Below are positions 20,035-31,739 of a stretch of 64,000 nt of DNA, piece by piece; the first letter of the stretch is position 1, and each line of letters starts with the position of its first letter. The stretch is taken from positions 1,152,001 to 1,216,000 of the forward strand of contig OZ252220.1 in assembly GCA_965249135.1 (NCBI GenBank), read 5' to 3'. The stretch is from Alphaproteobacteria bacterium (GTDB taxonomy: Bacteria; Pseudomonadota; Alphaproteobacteria; GCA-2746255). The notes under the pieces were generated by a model. The model made no database searches. It was given only the letters and a program-made list of their open reading frames with translations, and was not told the DNA's origin. Made by a program: the position numbers and the translations under genes.

Positions 20035-21455
20035 CGGAACCGCTGTGGACGAGCGCCGAAGCGGAGCGCGCCACCAATGGGTCGAGCACGGCGCCCTTCG
20101 AGGCGACGGGCGTCTCGATGGACAGCCGGAAACTTAAAGCCGGCGACCTCTTCATGGCGATCATCGGGCCCCATTCCGACGGCCATGACTTCGTCCGCGA
20201 TGCCTTCTCGCAAGGCGCCGTGGCGGCCATCGTCGAAGGCCGGCCGAGCGACGTACCGGAGCAGGCGCCGATTCTCACCGTCGAAAATGCGTTCGATGCC
20301 CTGAAGGCGCTGGCGCGGACCGCGCGCGAGCGCAGCTACGCCCGGATCTTTGCGGTGACCGGCAGCGTCGGGAAAACCGGAACGAAGGAGGCGTTGCGCC
20401 TGGCGCTTGGTGAGAGCGGCGAGGTGACGGCGACGGTCGGCAATCTCAACAACGAATACGGCGTTCCTTTGAGTCTCGCGCGCCTGCCACGGACTTCGGA
20501 CTACGGCATCTTCGAGCTTGGCATGAACCACCCCGGCGAGATCCGCCCGCTTGCCAAGCTCGTGCGGCCGGAAATCGGCATCGTCACGAACGTCGAAGCC
20601 GTGCACATGGCGTATTTTCGTTCCGTCACCGAAATCGCCGACACGAAGGCGGAGATGTTCGAGGGCATGGACGCGGATGGGCTGGTGATCCTGAACCGCG
20701 ACAACCCTTACTTCCAGCGTCTGGCCGATGCGGCGAAGGCGCGAGGTATAAGTCGCATCGTCGACTTCGGCGAGCATCCCGAAGCCCAGGTGCGCCTCAT
20801 CAACTGCACCTGCCATACCTTTTCAAGCAGTGTCATCGCCGAGGTCGGGGGCGCCGAAATCCACTATCCCCTAGGCGTCCCCGGCCGACATTGGGTGATG
20901 AACAGCCTGGCCGTGCTGGCCGCCGTCGATGCCGTCGGAGCCGACGTGCAAAAGGCGGCGGTCAGGCTCGGCAACCTTTCGGCACCGGTCGGGCGCGGAC
21001 GCAGGGTTCGCGGCATGGTGCCGAGCGGCGTCATCGAGATCATCGACGAAAGCTATAACGCGAATCCGGCGTCGATGCGCGCCACGTTTGACAGCCTGGC
21101 TGCGACCCCGGCGGGACCGGTCGGACGCCGCATCGCCATCCTCGGCGACATGCTGGAGCTTGGCGAGAGAGCCGCACGCATGCATGCGGGCCTGGTCGGC
21201 GACCTGCTTCGCAACGCCATCGACCTGGTCTTCACGGTCGGCCCCTTGATGGAGAATCTCGACCGCGAACTTCCACCGCACATGCGTGGCGGCCACGCGG
21301 AAACCGCCGAGGTGCTGATGCCGATTCTTCTGGAAGAGTTGCACGACTGCGACGTGGTTGCCGTCAAGGGATCACAAGCGATGAATATGAGCCACATCGT
21401 CGAGACGCTGCTTCATGCCACAACCGGCATGGCGAACGCCGTCAACGGACGCTAG
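20031..21455 (+). CDS. murF: UDP-MurNAc-pentapeptide synthetase
   Basis: TGSVGKT, NNEYGVP, ELGMNH, DESYNANP and GDMLELG. Confidence 0.95.
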   Translation: MTEPLWTSAEAERATNGSSTAPFEATGVSMDSRKLKAGDLFMAIIGPHSDGHDFVRDAFSQGAVAAIVEGRPSDVPEQAPILTVENAFDALKALARTARERSYARIFAVTGSVGKTGTKEALRLALGESGEVTATVGNLNNEYGVPLSLARLPRTSDYGIFELGMNHPGEIRPLAKLVRPEIGIVTNVEAVHMAYFRSVTEIADTKAEMFEGMDADGLVILNRDNPYFQRLADAAKARGISRIVDFGEHPEAQVRLINCTCHTFSSSVIAEVGGAEIHYPLGVPGRHWVMNSLAVLAAVDAVGADVQKAAVRLGNLSAPVGRGRRVRGMVPSGVIEIIDESYNANPASMRATFDSLAATPAGPVGRRIAILGDMLELGERAARMHAGLVGDLLRNAIDLVFTVGPLMENLDRELPPHMRGGHAETAEVLMPILLEELHDCDVVAVKGSQAMNMSHIVETLLHATTGMANAVNGR

Positions 21456-21467
21456 AGGAAACCACGC

Positions 21468-22556
21468 ATGCTTTTCAACCTGCTCGCCCCACTCGCCGAT
21501 CAGCTGCCCTTCTTGAATCTGTTCCGCTACCTCACCTTCCGTACCGGCGGCGCCATCCTAACGGCGCTTTTGATCAGCTTCGTCGTCGGCCCGGTTCTCA
21601 TTCGCTGGCTGAAGCAGCACCAGAAGGAAGGCCAGCCGATCCGGACGGACGGGCCGGAGGACCACATCCTGAAGAAGGCCGGCACGCCGACGATGGGCGG
21701 CTTTCTGATCCTGCTTGGCCTGCTTACCTCGACGCTTCTCTGGGCGGATCTGACGAACCGTTACATCTGGGCGGTGCTTGGCGTGACGACCGGTTTCGGC
21801 ATCATCGGATTCATCGACGACGCCTTAAAGATCCGCCGGCGGACGAGCCGCGGCATGTCGGCGAAGCTCAAATTTCTCATCCAGTCCGTGATCGCCGCGG
21901 CGGGAGTCTACGCGATCATGGAAATCACGCGTAGCCCCCTAGCCACCAGCCTGGCCGTGCCGTTTCTCAAAGACGTCCTCTTGAACCTCGGGTGGTTCTT
22001 CCTGCCCTTTGCCGTGCTTGTCGTCGTCGGCGCCTCGAACGCGGTGAACCTGACGGACGGCCTCGACGGCCTGGCGATCGTTCCGGTGATGATTGCGACG
22101 GCGTGCTTTGCGCTGATTGCCTACCTCGTCGGCAATGCCGTCTTCGCCGGCTATCTGCAAATCCATGGCATCCCCGGCACCGGCGAACTGACGGTGCTGT
22201 GCGGGGCGCTGCTCGGGGCGTCTCTCGGCTTCCTCTGGTTCAACGCGCCGCCGGCCATGGTCTTCATGGGCGACACGGGCTCGCTTTCCGTCGGTGCGGC
22301 CCTTGGCGCCATCAGCGTGGTTACGAAGCACGAGCTGGTGCTCGCCATGATCGGCGGCCTTTTCGTGCTGGAGACCGTCTCCGTCATGGTGCAGGTGGTC
22401 TCCTTCAAGCTCACGGGCAAGCGCGTCTTCCAGATGGCGCCGCTGCACCATCACTTCGAGAAGAAGGGATGGGCGGAATCCACCATCGTCATCCGTTTCT
22501 GGATCATCGCGTCGATCCTGGCCCTGATCGGGCTGTCGACGCTGAAGTTGCGGTGA
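21468..22556 (+). CDS. mraY: Phospho-MurNAc-pentapeptide transferase
   Basis: [27 protein letters not shown] and MAPLHHHFE. Confidence 0.97.
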   Translation: MLFNLLAPLADQLPFLNLFRYLTFRTGGAILTALLISFVVGPVLIRWLKQHQKEGQPIRTDGPEDHILKKAGTPTMGGFLILLGLLTSTLLWADLTNRYIWAVLGVTTGFGIIGFIDDALKIRRRTSRGMSAKLKFLIQSVIAAAGVYAIMEITRSPLATSLAVPFLKDVLLNLGWFFLPFAVLVVVGASNAVNLTDGLDGLAIVPVMIATACFALIAYLVGNAVFAGYLQIHGIPGTGELTVLCGALLGASLGFLWFNAPPAMVFMGDTGSLSVGAALGAISVVTKHELVLAMIGGLFVLETVSVMVQVVSFKLTGKRVFQMAPLHHHFEKKGWAESTIVIRFWIIASILALIGLSTLKLR

Positions 22557-22560
22557 GCCG

Positions 22561-23967
22561 ATGATCGAAGTCACCGCATATCGAGACCGTGCCGTGATGG
22601 TGCTGGGGCTTGGCCGCTCCGGTTTAGCGGCGGCGGTCAGTTTACGGGAAGGTGGGGCTACCGTCGTCACCTGGGACGACGATGAGGCGGCCCGCGCCAA
22701 CGCCAAGCGGCAAGGCTTTCCCGTCATGGGCCCGGACGCGCTCGACTGGTCGAACGTCGATGCGCTGGTGCCAAGCCCCGGAATCCCGCTCACCCACCCT
22801 AAGCCCCATCCCGCCGTGGCGAAGGCACGGACGATGCGTTGCGAGATCCTCGGCGACGTCGAGCTCCTGGCCCGCACCCAAACCGAAGCCCGCTATGTCG
22901 GCGTGACGGGCACGAACGGGAAATCGACGACGACGGCGTTGATCGGTCACCTGCTTCAGGCCGACGGGCGGCGCATCGAAATCGGCGGCAATCTCGGCGC
23001 ACCCGTGCTGGAGCTGGCGCCGCTTGGGCTGGATGGCATTTATGTGCTCGAGCTTTCTTCCTTCCAGCTCGACCTTCTGTACACCCCTTGCCTCGACGTC
23101 GCCGTGCTTTTGAACATCGCACCGGACCATCTCGAGCGCCACGGCGGCCTTGACGGCTACATCGCCGTCAAGCGATGGATCTTCGGTCTGCTTCGCGAGG
23201 GTGCGACGGCGGTCATCGGGATCGACGATCCGCACTGCCGCGCCATCCGGGACGGCCTCGCCGGCGAGCTGGCGGTGGTTCCGATCTCGGCCAAGCAGAC
23301 GCTTGAGGCGGGCGTCAGCGCGCGCGGCGGTGCGCTCAATGAGCATCTGGGCGAGACGATACCTGCCGTCGATCTCACGCGTATCCTTTCGCTTCGCGGC
23401 GAGCACAACTGGCAGAACGCGGCCGCCGCCTGGGCGGCGGTCCGTGCGATCGGGCTTAAGCCTGAGCACGCGGCCCATGGCCTTCAAAGTTTCGTCAACC
23501 TGCCCCATCGCCAGGAGCCGATCGCGGTTGCGAACGGCATCCATTACGTGAACGACAGCAAGGCGACGAACGCGAACGCGACTTTGAGGGCGCTGGCCGC
23601 CTTCGACACCATTTACTGGATCGCCGGCGGGCGGCCAAAGGCCGACGGCATCGCTTCGCTGGCGCCTTATTTCCCGCGCGTTCGCCATGCCTTCCTGATC
23701 GGCGAGGCGATGGATAGCTTCGCCCAAACGCTGGGCGGCAAGGTGCCCTATCACCGTTCGGGCGATCTAAAGACGGCGCTTCGCGAAGCCCACGCGATGG
23801 CCCAGGCGGAAGGGGGCAAGGCGGCGGTCGTGCTCTTTTCGCCGGGCTGCGCCTCCTACGACCAATGGAAGAATTTCGAGGCACGCGGGGATGCGTTCCG
23901 CTCGCTGGTCCTCAAGCTGCCGGGTGCGAAGCCAAGCGTGCAGGTGGAAGGGGGTGCCGTTTCATGA
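22561..23967 (+). CDS. murD: UDP-MurNAc-L-Ala-D-Glu ligase
   Basis: GLGRSG, SPGIP, TGTNGKSTT, ELSSFQL and NDSKATN. Confidence 0.96.
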   Translation: MIEVTAYRDRAVMVLGLGRSGLAAAVSLREGGATVVTWDDDEAARANAKRQGFPVMGPDALDWSNVDALVPSPGIPLTHPKPHPAVAKARTMRCEILGDVELLARTQTEARYVGVTGTNGKSTTTALIGHLLQADGRRIEIGGNLGAPVLELAPLGLDGIYVLELSSFQLDLLYTPCLDVAVLLNIAPDHLERHGGLDGYIAVKRWIFGLLREGATAVIGIDDPHCRAIRDGLAGELAVVPISAKQTLEAGVSARGGALNEHLGETIPAVDLTRILSLRGEHNWQNAAAAWAAVRAIGLKPEHAAHGLQSFVNLPHRQEPIAVANGIHYVNDSKATNANATLRALAAFDTIYWIAGGRPKADGIASLAPYFPRVRHAFLIGEAMDSFAQTLGGKVPYHRSGDLKTALREAHAMAQAEGGKAAVVLFSPGCASYDQWKNFEARGDAFRSLVLKLPGAKPSVQVEGGAVS

Positions 23968-25088
23968 CGAGCTTCGCGCGAACGGACACGAGCATCTTGA
24001 GCCGCTGGTGGTGGACGGTGGACCGCTGGATGCTGGTCGCACTTGGGCTTCTGATCGGGACCGGCGTTCTCGTCACGCTGGCGGCAAGCCCGCCGGTTGC
24101 CGAGCGGCTCGGCATCGATTCGCTGCATTTCGTCCAGCACCACCTCGCCTACCTGCCGCTGGCACTCGGCACACTTTTCTTGGTCTCGCTGCTTTCACCG
24201 CGCCAGGCACGGCGGCTTGGCATCATCGTCTTCCTGATCTCGCTGGTGCTGCTCGTGCTGCTGCCTTTCATCGGCACCGAAATCAAAGGCGCCCGACGCT
24301 GGATCTGGATCGCCGGCATGTCGTTGCAACCGTCCGAATTCGTGAAGCCCGGTTTCGCCGTTCTGGCCGCCTGGATGTTCGCCGAACACCGGCTCGACCG
24401 CGAGTTCGCGGGCCGCGCCATCTCGATTGCGCTCTACTTCCTCGTCGTCGCCCTGTTGCTGGTGCAACCGGACATGGGCATGGCCTTCGTCGTCTCCGCC
24501 ACCTGGTGCGCCCAGTTCTTCATGGCGGGCCTGCCCCTTCTATGGGCGGCGTTCCTGCTTTTGCTGGGCATCGCCGGCATGGTCGGCACCTATTTCGTGT
24601 TCCCCCATGTGGCGCTTCGCATCGACAGCTTTCTCGATCCGGCGTCTGTGAACGGCTACCAGGGGATGCGCGCCATGGAGGCGTTCGGCAATGGCGGCCT
24701 GTTCGGTCGCGGCCCCGGCGAGGGGCGCATCAAGGAGATGATTCCGGACGCCCATGCGGACTTCGTCTTCGCCGTCGCCGGCGAGGAGTTCGGCTTGCTC
24801 GTCTGCCTGCTTATTGTCGGTCTGTTCGCCTTCATCCTCCTGCGCGGCCTCAGCCGGATGATGCAGGAGGAGAACCTCTTCATCCTGATCGCCACGACTG
24901 GGCTGTTGCTGCAATTCGCGCTGCAGGCACTCATTAATTTGGCGTCGACCGTGAGCCTGATGCCGACGAAGGGCATGACGCTGCCATTCATCTCGTACGG
25001 TGGGTCGTCCCTGCTCGCCCTTGCCTTAACGATGGGCTTGATCCTTGCCTTCACGCGCCGCCACACGCACTTCCGGGGGAGATTCTGA
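23964..25088 (+). CDS. ftsW: SEDS peptidoglycan polymerase FtsW
   Basis: GARRW, QPSEFVK, QPDMG, DFVFAVAGEEFG and PTKGMTLPFISYGGSS. Confidence 0.96.
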   Translation: MTSFARTDTSILSRWWWTVDRWMLVALGLLIGTGVLVTLAASPPVAERLGIDSLHFVQHHLAYLPLALGTLFLVSLLSPRQARRLGIIVFLISLVLLVLLPFIGTEIKGARRWIWIAGMSLQPSEFVKPGFAVLAAWMFAEHRLDREFAGRAISIALYFLVVALLLVQPDMGMAFVVSATWCAQFFMAGLPLLWAAFLLLLGIAGMVGTYFVFPHVALRIDSFLDPASVNGYQGMRAMEAFGNGGLFGRGPGEGRIKEMIPDAHADFVFAVAGEEFGLLVCLLIVGLFAFILLRGLSRMMQEENLFILIATTGLLLQFALQALINLASTVSLMPTKGMTLPFISYGGSSLLALALTMGLILAFTRRHTHFRGRF

Positions 25089-26245
25089 TGGTGGGCGTGC
25101 AAAACTTCGTCCTGCTTGCGACGGGCGGCACCGGCGGTCACGTCTTTCCGGCGGAGGCGCTGGCGGTGGTGCTTGCCCGTCGGGGCTTGCGGCTTGCGCT
25201 GGTCACGGACCGGCGCGGGCATACCTATCGCGGCGCGCTCAAGAACCTCGACGTGCACCACATCCAGGCCGCCCCGATGGCGGGAGGTAAGCCGATGCGG
25301 CTGGTGAAGGCGGCCGTCACGCTGGCCTGCGGATTTGCGCAGGCAATCGGTCTGCTGCGCCGGCTCAAACCCGAGGTCGTCGTCGGTTTCGGCGGCTATG
25401 CGCCGGTGCCGGCGATGCTGGCGGCGAAGTGCCTGCGCATCCCGACGATCCTGCACGAACAGAACGCGATTCTGGGGCGTGCCAACCATCTGCTCGCCTC
25501 CTTCGTCACGACGATCGCCACTTCCTTTCCCGCGACCGGTCACTTAAGGCCGGCCGACGAACTGAAGGTCCTGATTACCGGCAACCCGGTGCGCGAAGCC
25601 TTCACCGAGGTGCGCGAACGCCCCTACCCTTCGCTTGCGCCCGAGCAGCCCTTCGTGCTGCTGGTCCTCGGCGGCAGCCAGGGGGCCAGCGTGTTCGGGC
25701 GCGTCGTGCCAAAAGCGCTTGCCTCGCTCGATAGGGGCGCACGCAGGCGACTTCGCGTCAGCCAGCAGTGCCGGCCGGAGGATGTGGAGGCCGTGCGCGG
25801 GCTTTACGCGGCCGCCGGCATGGCGGCGGAGGCCTCGCCCTTCTTCGAGGACGCGCCGGAGCGTTTCGCGAACGCCCATCTCGTCATCGCCCGGGCCGGC
25901 GCTTCGACGGTAGCCGAGCTGACGACGGCCGGCCGGCCGGCCATCCTCGTGCCCTACCCGGCCGCCACGGACGACCACCAGATGGCGAACGCGCGCGCGC
26001 TCGACGAGGCCGGGGGCGCGTGGCTGATGCCGGAAGCCTATTTTACGCCGGAGACGCTGGCCGCGCGGATCGAATCCTTCCTGGGACTTCCGGTCATCCT
26101 GAACAAGGCGGCGGCGAGTGCGCGGGCATTGGGCCAAGCGATCGCGGCGGAACGGCTGGCGGACGCGGTGGCCGAGCTTTTGCCGAGTGCCACCGGCGAC
26201 GACGGTGGTACGCAACGCGATACTTCGAAGGGGTGGGCCGCATGA
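25088..26245 (+). CDS. murG: Lipid II GlcNAc transferase
   Basis: [25 protein letters not shown] and RAGAST. Confidence 0.96.
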   Translation: MVGVQNFVLLATGGTGGHVFPAEALAVVLARRGLRLALVTDRRGHTYRGALKNLDVHHIQAAPMAGGKPMRLVKAAVTLACGFAQAIGLLRRLKPEVVVGFGGYAPVPAMLAAKCLRIPTILHEQNAILGRANHLLASFVTTIATSFPATGHLRPADELKVLITGNPVREAFTEVRERPYPSLAPEQPFVLLVLGGSQGASVFGRVVPKALASLDRGARRRLRVSQQCRPEDVEAVRGLYAAAGMAAEASPFFEDAPERFANAHLVIARAGASTVAELTTAGRPAILVPYPAATDDHQMANARALDEAGGAWLMPEAYFTPETLAARIESFLGLPVILNKAAASARALGQAIAAERLADAVAELLPSATGDDGGTQRDTSKGWAA

Positions 26246-27672
26246 GAACGCGTTCCCTTTCCCTTGGCAGGATCCACTTCGTCGGCATCGGCGGCATCGG
26301 CATGAGCGGGATCGCGGAGATCCTGCACAATCTCGGTTACCGCGTGCAGGGCAGCGACTTGAGCGAGAACACGAACGTGCTGCGTCTGCGCGAGCTTGGC
26401 ATCCCCATCGCTATCGGGCATGGGCCTGAGAACCTTCAGGATGCGGAGGTCGTCGTCGTTTCCTCCGCCGTCAAGGCCGACAATGCGGAAGTGACGGCGG
26501 CCCGGGCGAAGCACCTGCCGGTCGTCCAGCGCGCCGAGATGCTCGGCGAGCTGATGCATCTCAAACTGGCCATCGCCGTCGGCGGCACCCATGGAAAGAC
26601 GACGACGACGTCGTTGATCGCCGCCCTGCTCGACGGCGCCCACATGGACCCCACCGTGATCAACGGCGGGATCATCAACGCCTATGGAACGAATGCGCGG
26701 CTCGGCGAGGGAGAGTGGATCGTCGTCGAGGCGGACGAATCGGACGGCACCTTCGCCAAACTGCCGGCAACGATCGCCGTCGTTACGAACATCGATCACG
26801 AGCATCTCGACTTCTATGGTTCCTTCGAGAACTTGCGAAACGCCTTCGTGCGTTTCGTCGAAAACATCCCGTTTTATGGTTTCGCCGTTCTCTGCATCGA
26901 CGACGCGGAAGTCCAGGCCATGATCCCGAGCGTTTCGGATCGCCGCCTGGTGACCTGTGGTTTGAGTCCGCAGGCCGATATTCGCGGCACCAACGTTCGC
27001 ATCACGCCGGAGGCGACTTATTTCGACGTCGCGCTGGCAGATCGCGGCCGTGGCAAGGAAACGACTCTCAAAGGACTTCGGCTCCCCATGCCGGGCGTCC
27101 ACAACGTGAAGAACGCCCTTGCCATGGTCGCGATCGCCAACGAGCTTCAAATCGAGGAGGCAACCCTTCGCGGCGCGTTGGCCCAGTTCGGCGGCGTCAA
27201 GCGGCGCTTCACCCGCACCGGCACCGTCGGCGGCATCGCTGTGATCGACGACTACGGTCATCACCCGGCCGAGATCACCGCCGTGCTTGCCAGTACCCGG
27301 GCGATTGCGTCCGGCCGCGTGATCGCCGTCTTCCAGCCCCACCGCTATAGCCGGGTCCACCATCTGTTCGAGGATTTCTGCACCGCCTTCAACGACGCGG
27401 ACACCGTCATCGTTTCCGACATCTACGCGGCGGGCGAATCCCCGATCAAAGGCGTGCACCGCGACGCGATCATCGAAGGCCTCTCAGCCCATGGGCATCG
27501 CAACGTGCTCGCGCTCGAAGAGCCGAGGGCGCTTGGCTCCCTCGTCCACGGGATCGCCAGACAAGGGGATTACGTCGTCTGCCTGGGCGCCGGCGACGTG
27601 ACGATCTGGGCACAGACCTTGCCGATCGAGCTGGCCAAGCTTTCCGGAAAGCCGCTGGAGGTGGGGCCATGA
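26242..27672 (+). CDS. murC: UDP-MurNAc-L-alanine ligase
   Basis: [31 protein letters not shown] and QPHRY. Confidence 0.96.
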   Translation: MRTRSLSLGRIHFVGIGGIGMSGIAEILHNLGYRVQGSDLSENTNVLRLRELGIPIAIGHGPENLQDAEVVVVSSAVKADNAEVTAARAKHLPVVQRAEMLGELMHLKLAIAVGGTHGKTTTTSLIAALLDGAHMDPTVINGGIINAYGTNARLGEGEWIVVEADESDGTFAKLPATIAVVTNIDHEHLDFYGSFENLRNAFVRFVENIPFYGFAVLCIDDAEVQAMIPSVSDRRLVTCGLSPQADIRGTNVRITPEATYFDVALADRGRGKETTLKGLRLPMPGVHNVKNALAMVAIANELQIEEATLRGALAQFGGVKRRFTRTGTVGGIAVIDDYGHHPAEITAVLASTRAIASGRVIAVFQPHRYSRVHHLFEDFCTAFNDADTVIVSDIYAAGESPIKGVHRDAIIEGLSAHGHRNVLALEEPRALGSLVHGIARQGDYVVCLGAGDVTIWAQTLPIELAKLSGKPLEVGP

Positions 27673-28631
27673 TGACGGCGCGCAAGAAGAACGCCGTAGG
27701 CCTTTGCGACCGTCTGCCTCCGGTCCGCGGCAGCTACACGGAAAACGCCCCGCTTGGCACGCTGGCCTGGTTTCGGGTCGGCGGCAACGCGGAAGTCCTG
27801 TTCGAGCCTCAAGATCGCGAGGATTTGGCCGCCTTCCTCAACGGAAAACCGGCGGACGTGCCGGTCACGCTGCTCGGGCTGGGCTCAAACCTGCTGGTGC
27901 GCGACGGCGGCGTGCCCGGCGTCGTCGTCAAGCTGGGGCGTGCTTTTGCGACGATCGAGGTCTTGGGCACGACCCTTCGCGCCGGTGCCGGCGCGCTGGA
28001 TCGCGCCATCGCCATGGCCAGTCGCGATGCCGCCATCGCCGGGCTCGAATTCCTGAGCGGCGTTCCCGGCACGCTGGGCGGCGCGCTCAGGATGAACGCC
28101 GGCGCCTACGAGCGGGAAATGAAGGACGTCGTGGCGGAAGCAGAAGCGCTGGACGCCGAGGGTGCGCACCACCGGCTTACGGCTTTGGAACTTGGCTTTT
28201 CCTACCGGCATACGGCCGTGCCGGAGGACTGGGTCTTCACGAGCGCCACCCTTATTGGCGAGAAGGGCGACGCAGAAGAGATTGGGCGGCGGATCGCCGA
28301 GATCGCCAGCGCTCGTGAAGAAACCCAGCCCATCCGATCCCGCACCGGCGGCAGCACGTTTACGAACCCGGAAAACGCTGCGGCCTGGGAGCTGATTGAA
28401 CGCGCCGGCTGCAGGGGGCTCACGGTCGGCGGGGCGGCCGTCTCGGAGAAGCACTGCAATTTCCTGATCAACACCGGCAGCGCCACCGCCGCCGACCTCG
28501 AGGCCCTGGGCGAGGAGATTCGCCGCCGTGTGCGCGAGGAAACCGGCGTGCAGTTGGAATGGGAGATCCGCCGCATCGGGCAACCGGCACCCAATTCGCA
28601 GGCCGGGGCAGACCGGGAGGGCGCGGCATGA
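27669..28631 (+). CDS. murB: UDP-GlcNAc-enolpyruvate reductase
   Basis: [27 protein letters not shown] and KHCNFLIN. Confidence 0.96.
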   Translation: MMTARKKNAVGLCDRLPPVRGSYTENAPLGTLAWFRVGGNAEVLFEPQDREDLAAFLNGKPADVPVTLLGLGSNLLVRDGGVPGVVVKLGRAFATIEVLGTTLRAGAGALDRAIAMASRDAAIAGLEFLSGVPGTLGGALRMNAGAYEREMKDVVAEAEALDAEGAHHRLTALELGFSYRHTAVPEDWVFTSATLIGEKGDAEEIGRRIAEIASAREETQPIRSRTGGSTFTNPENAAAWELIERAGCRGLTVGGAAVSEKHCNFLINTGSATAADLEALGEEIRRRVREETGVQLEWEIRRIGQPAPNSQAGADREGAA

Positions 28632-29545
28632 CGAAACGCATCGCCGTCCTGATGGGAGGCTGGTCCGTCGAGCGGGAGGTCTCGCTGGTCAGCGGCCGCG
28701 CCGTCGCCGACGCGCTCGCAGCATCCGGCCACCGCGTCAGCACCATCGAAGTCACCCGCGACATGCTCGCGCTGCTAAGGGCGCTCGATCCGAAACCGGA
28801 CGTCGTCTTCAACGCGCTGCACGGCCGCTTCGGCGAGGACGGCTGCGTCCAGGGGCTGCTCGAAATGCTCGGCATTCCCTACACGCATTCCGGCGTCTTG
28901 GCCTCGGCGATCGCCATGGACAAGCCGATGACGCGGCGCCTGTTCAATGAGGCCGACATCCCGCACCCGGAAGGCAAGATCGTCGCACGCGAAGCGGTGA
29001 ACACGGCCCATCCGATGAAACCGCCTTACGTGCTGAAGCCGCTCAACGAAGGCTCCAGCGTCGGCGTTCGCCTCGTGCTCGAGAGGGAAAGCCCGCCCGG
29101 TCTGGGTGCGGATTGGTCCTTCGGCGAACAGGTGCTGGTCGAACGCTACATCCCGGGCCGTGAGATCTGCGTCGCCGTCATGGGCGAGACCGCGCTCGGC
29201 GCGATCGAAATCCTCCCCAAGGAAGGCTTCTACGACTACGCGGCGAAATACACGGCGGGCCAAGCCAGCCACCGGATGCCGGCCGCGATCGCGGCGCAAG
29301 CCTACGAAGAGGCGCTCGCGTTGGGGTTGCGCGCCCATCGGGCGCTGGGCTGCCGGGGCGTCTCCAGGGCCGACCTTCGCTACGACGACGGCAATGGTGA
29401 GCCCGGAAAATTCTATGTCCTCGAAGTGAACACCCAGCCCGGGATGACGTCGCTGTCTTTGGTTCCAGAGATCGCCGCCCATGCCGGTCTTTCGTTCACG
29501 GAGCTCGTCACCTGGATGGTGGAGAACGCACGATGCGAAAGTTGA
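28628..29545 (+). CDS. ddl: D-Ala-D-Ala ligase
   Basis: GGWSVEREVS, LHGRFGEDG, EGSSVG, YDYAAKY and EVNTQPGMT. Confidence 0.96.
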   Translation: MTKRIAVLMGGWSVEREVSLVSGRAVADALAASGHRVSTIEVTRDMLALLRALDPKPDVVFNALHGRFGEDGCVQGLLEMLGIPYTHSGVLASAIAMDKPMTRRLFNEADIPHPEGKIVAREAVNTAHPMKPPYVLKPLNEGSSVGVRLVLERESPPGLGADWSFGEQVLVERYIPGREICVAVMGETALGAIEILPKEGFYDYAAKYTAGQASHRMPAAIAAQAYEEALALGLRAHRALGCRGVSRADLRYDDGNGEPGKFYVLEVNTQPGMTSLSLVPEIAAHAGLSFTELVTWMVENARCES

Positions 29546-30384
29546 TCCAAAGATTCGTTCCGGGAGGAACGGCGAGGATGACACGCAAACGGAGGCGCGC
29601 GGCGAGTAAGGGACGGCGTCCTCTCGCCGCCAGCGTGCTTGCGATCGTCTGCCTTGTCGGCCTTGCCGGCCTTAGCTTCGCATGGGCATCCGGATGGGCG
29701 AGCGTGAAATACGAAGCCCTTCTCGTTTGGACGATGGAAAGAAGTATCGCGGCCGGCCTCACCGTCCGGGAAATCGAAATCTTAGGGCTTAAGGAGACGT
29801 CCCGGGAAAGTGCGCTTCGTGCCGTTGCCATCCAACCCGGCGCGCCGATCCTTACCTTCGATCCCAGATCAGCGAAGGCGGCGCTGGAAACGCTGCCCTG
29901 GGTGCGAAGGGCCGCCGTCGAGCGGCACCTGCCGGATCGCATCCGTCTTTCTCTGATCGAGCGGCAGCCGCTGGCGCTCTGGCAGCGCGCGGGCAAGCTT
30001 TCGCTGATCGACGAGGAGGGCATCGTCATCCTACGTGAGGGCCTCGCGCGCTTCCGCACGTTTCCCATCGTCATCGGCGAGATGGCGCCGAACAAGGCAA
30101 ATGTGCTGTTCGCCATGCTGCGTAACGAGCCCGCGCTCGCAGCCCAGGTTGCCACCGCCACCCTCATCGGCAAGCGGCGGTGGAACTTACGGCTTCAAAA
30201 CGGCGTCGAGATCTATCTGCCGGAGGACGGCATCGCCACCGCCTGGGCGAGCCTCGCGGAATACGACCGCCTCGAAGGAATCACGAAACGCAAGATCGCG
30301 GCCGTGGATCTTCGCCTCAAGGGACGGCTCGTCGTTCGGCTCATGCCGAAGAAGGCGGGTCACGGAAACGAACGCGAGACATAA
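29533..30384 (+). CDS. ftsQ: Cell division protein FtsQ
   Basis: One TM, POTRA domain (LPWV...ERHLPD), RRWNL and DLR; lies between ddl and ftsA. Confidence 0.9.
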   Translation: MRKLIQRFVPGGTARMTRKRRRAASKGRRPLAASVLAIVCLVGLAGLSFAWASGWASVKYEALLVWTMERSIAAGLTVREIEILGLKETSRESALRAVAIQPGAPILTFDPRSAKAALETLPWVRRAAVERHLPDRIRLSLIERQPLALWQRAGKLSLIDEEGIVILREGLARFRTFPIVIGEMAPNKANVLFAMLRNEPALAAQVATATLIGKRRWNLRLQNGVEIYLPEDGIATAWASLAEYDRLEGITKRKIAAVDLRLKGRLVVRLMPKKAGHGNERET

Positions 30385-30397
30385 GGGCTTAAACGTA

Positions 30398-31648
30398 ATG
30401 GCACATGCAAAACCGCGGAACGGTCTGATCACGGCGCTCGATATCGGCACGACGAAGATCTGCTGTTTTATCGCAGAGATCCAAGAGGAAACCGGCCTCA
30501 ACATCACCGGCATCGGCCATCAGATCGCACGGGGACTGCGCGCCGGCGCGGTCACCAGCATGGAGGCCGCCGAACAGGCGATCCTGGCCGCCGTCACTTC
30601 GGCCGAAGAAATGACGGGGGCGACCATCCGCGAGGTCATCGTGAACCTTTCCGGCGGTGCGCCAAGCTCGAAGATCTTCGACGTCGAGGTGCCGCTCACC
30701 CGGGACGAGATCCGGGAGGAGGACATCCGCCGGGCGCTTTCGGAAGGGTTCGCCCACGCACTTCCAGACGAACGCGCGCTTATTCACGCGATTCCGATCG
30801 GCTACAGCATCGACGGCAGCAACGGGATCGAAAACCCGCGCGGCATGTTCGGCCATCGCCTGGGCGTAAAGATCAATCGGATCACCGCCCTGGAAAGCGC
30901 GGTGCGCAACCTGTCCGTCTGCGTTGAGCGCTGTCACCTCGATATCCGGACGGTCGTCGAATCGGCTTACGCGTCTGGCCTTGCCTCCCTCGTCGAGGAC
31001 GAAATGAAGCTTGGCTCGACCCTTATCGACATGGGCGGCGGCACGACCTCGATCGCCGTCTTTGCGGAAGGCAACGTTATTTATACGGACAGCGTCCCGC
31101 TCGGCGGCCAGCACGTCACGAACGACATCGCGCGCGGGCTGGCGACGCCGATCGTCCACGCCGAACGGATGAAGACGCTTTATGGCAATGCGCTGCCTTC
31201 GCAAACCGACGACCGCGAACTGATCGACGTGCCGGCCGTCGGCGAGGAGACGCATGTCCAGGCCAACCACGTCCCGCGCTCGATGCTGATCGGAATCATC
31301 AAGCCCAGGGTGGAAGAAACCTTTGAACTCGTTCGCAACCGCCTCGAGGAAAGCGGCTTTGGCCGTTACGCGGGCCGGCGCGTCGTGCTGACCGGCGGCG
31401 CCAGCCAGCTGCAGGGGACGCGCGAGCTTGCCGCTAGCGTGCTCGGCAAGCAGGTGCGTCTGGGCCGGCCGATCCGCATCCGCGGATTGGCGGAAGCGAC
31501 CGGAGGCCCGGCCTTTGCCACCTGTGCCGGGCTCTTAAGTTTCGCCCTTCGCACGCCATCCGAATGGCCCGGAAAACCCAGCGGCGCGGTGACGAGATCC
31601 ACCGGGCGTGCGGGCCGCATCGGACATTGGCTACGCGAGAACTTCTAA
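30398..31648 (+). CDS. ftsA: Cell division protein FtsA
   Basis: [25 protein letters not shown] and C-terminal WLRENF. Confidence 0.96.
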   Translation: MAHAKPRNGLITALDIGTTKICCFIAEIQEETGLNITGIGHQIARGLRAGAVTSMEAAEQAILAAVTSAEEMTGATIREVIVNLSGGAPSSKIFDVEVPLTRDEIREEDIRRALSEGFAHALPDERALIHAIPIGYSIDGSNGIENPRGMFGHRLGVKINRITALESAVRNLSVCVERCHLDIRTVVESAYASGLASLVEDEMKLGSTLIDMGGGTTSIAVFAEGNVIYTDSVPLGGQHVTNDIARGLATPIVHAERMKTLYGNALPSQTDDRELIDVPAVGEETHVQANHVPRSMLIGIIKPRVEETFELVRNRLEESGFGRYAGRRVVLTGGASQLQGTRELAASVLGKQVRLGRPIRIRGLAEATGGPAFATCAGLLSFALRTPSEWPGKPSGAVTRSTGRAGRIGHWLRENF

Positions 31649-31739
31649 TCGGAGGAAAGCGCTTTGCAAACGAACAACCCACAACCACCGCCGGAAATCG
31701 CCGGCAGATGCACGAAAACGAAGGATTATGGAGGGTACG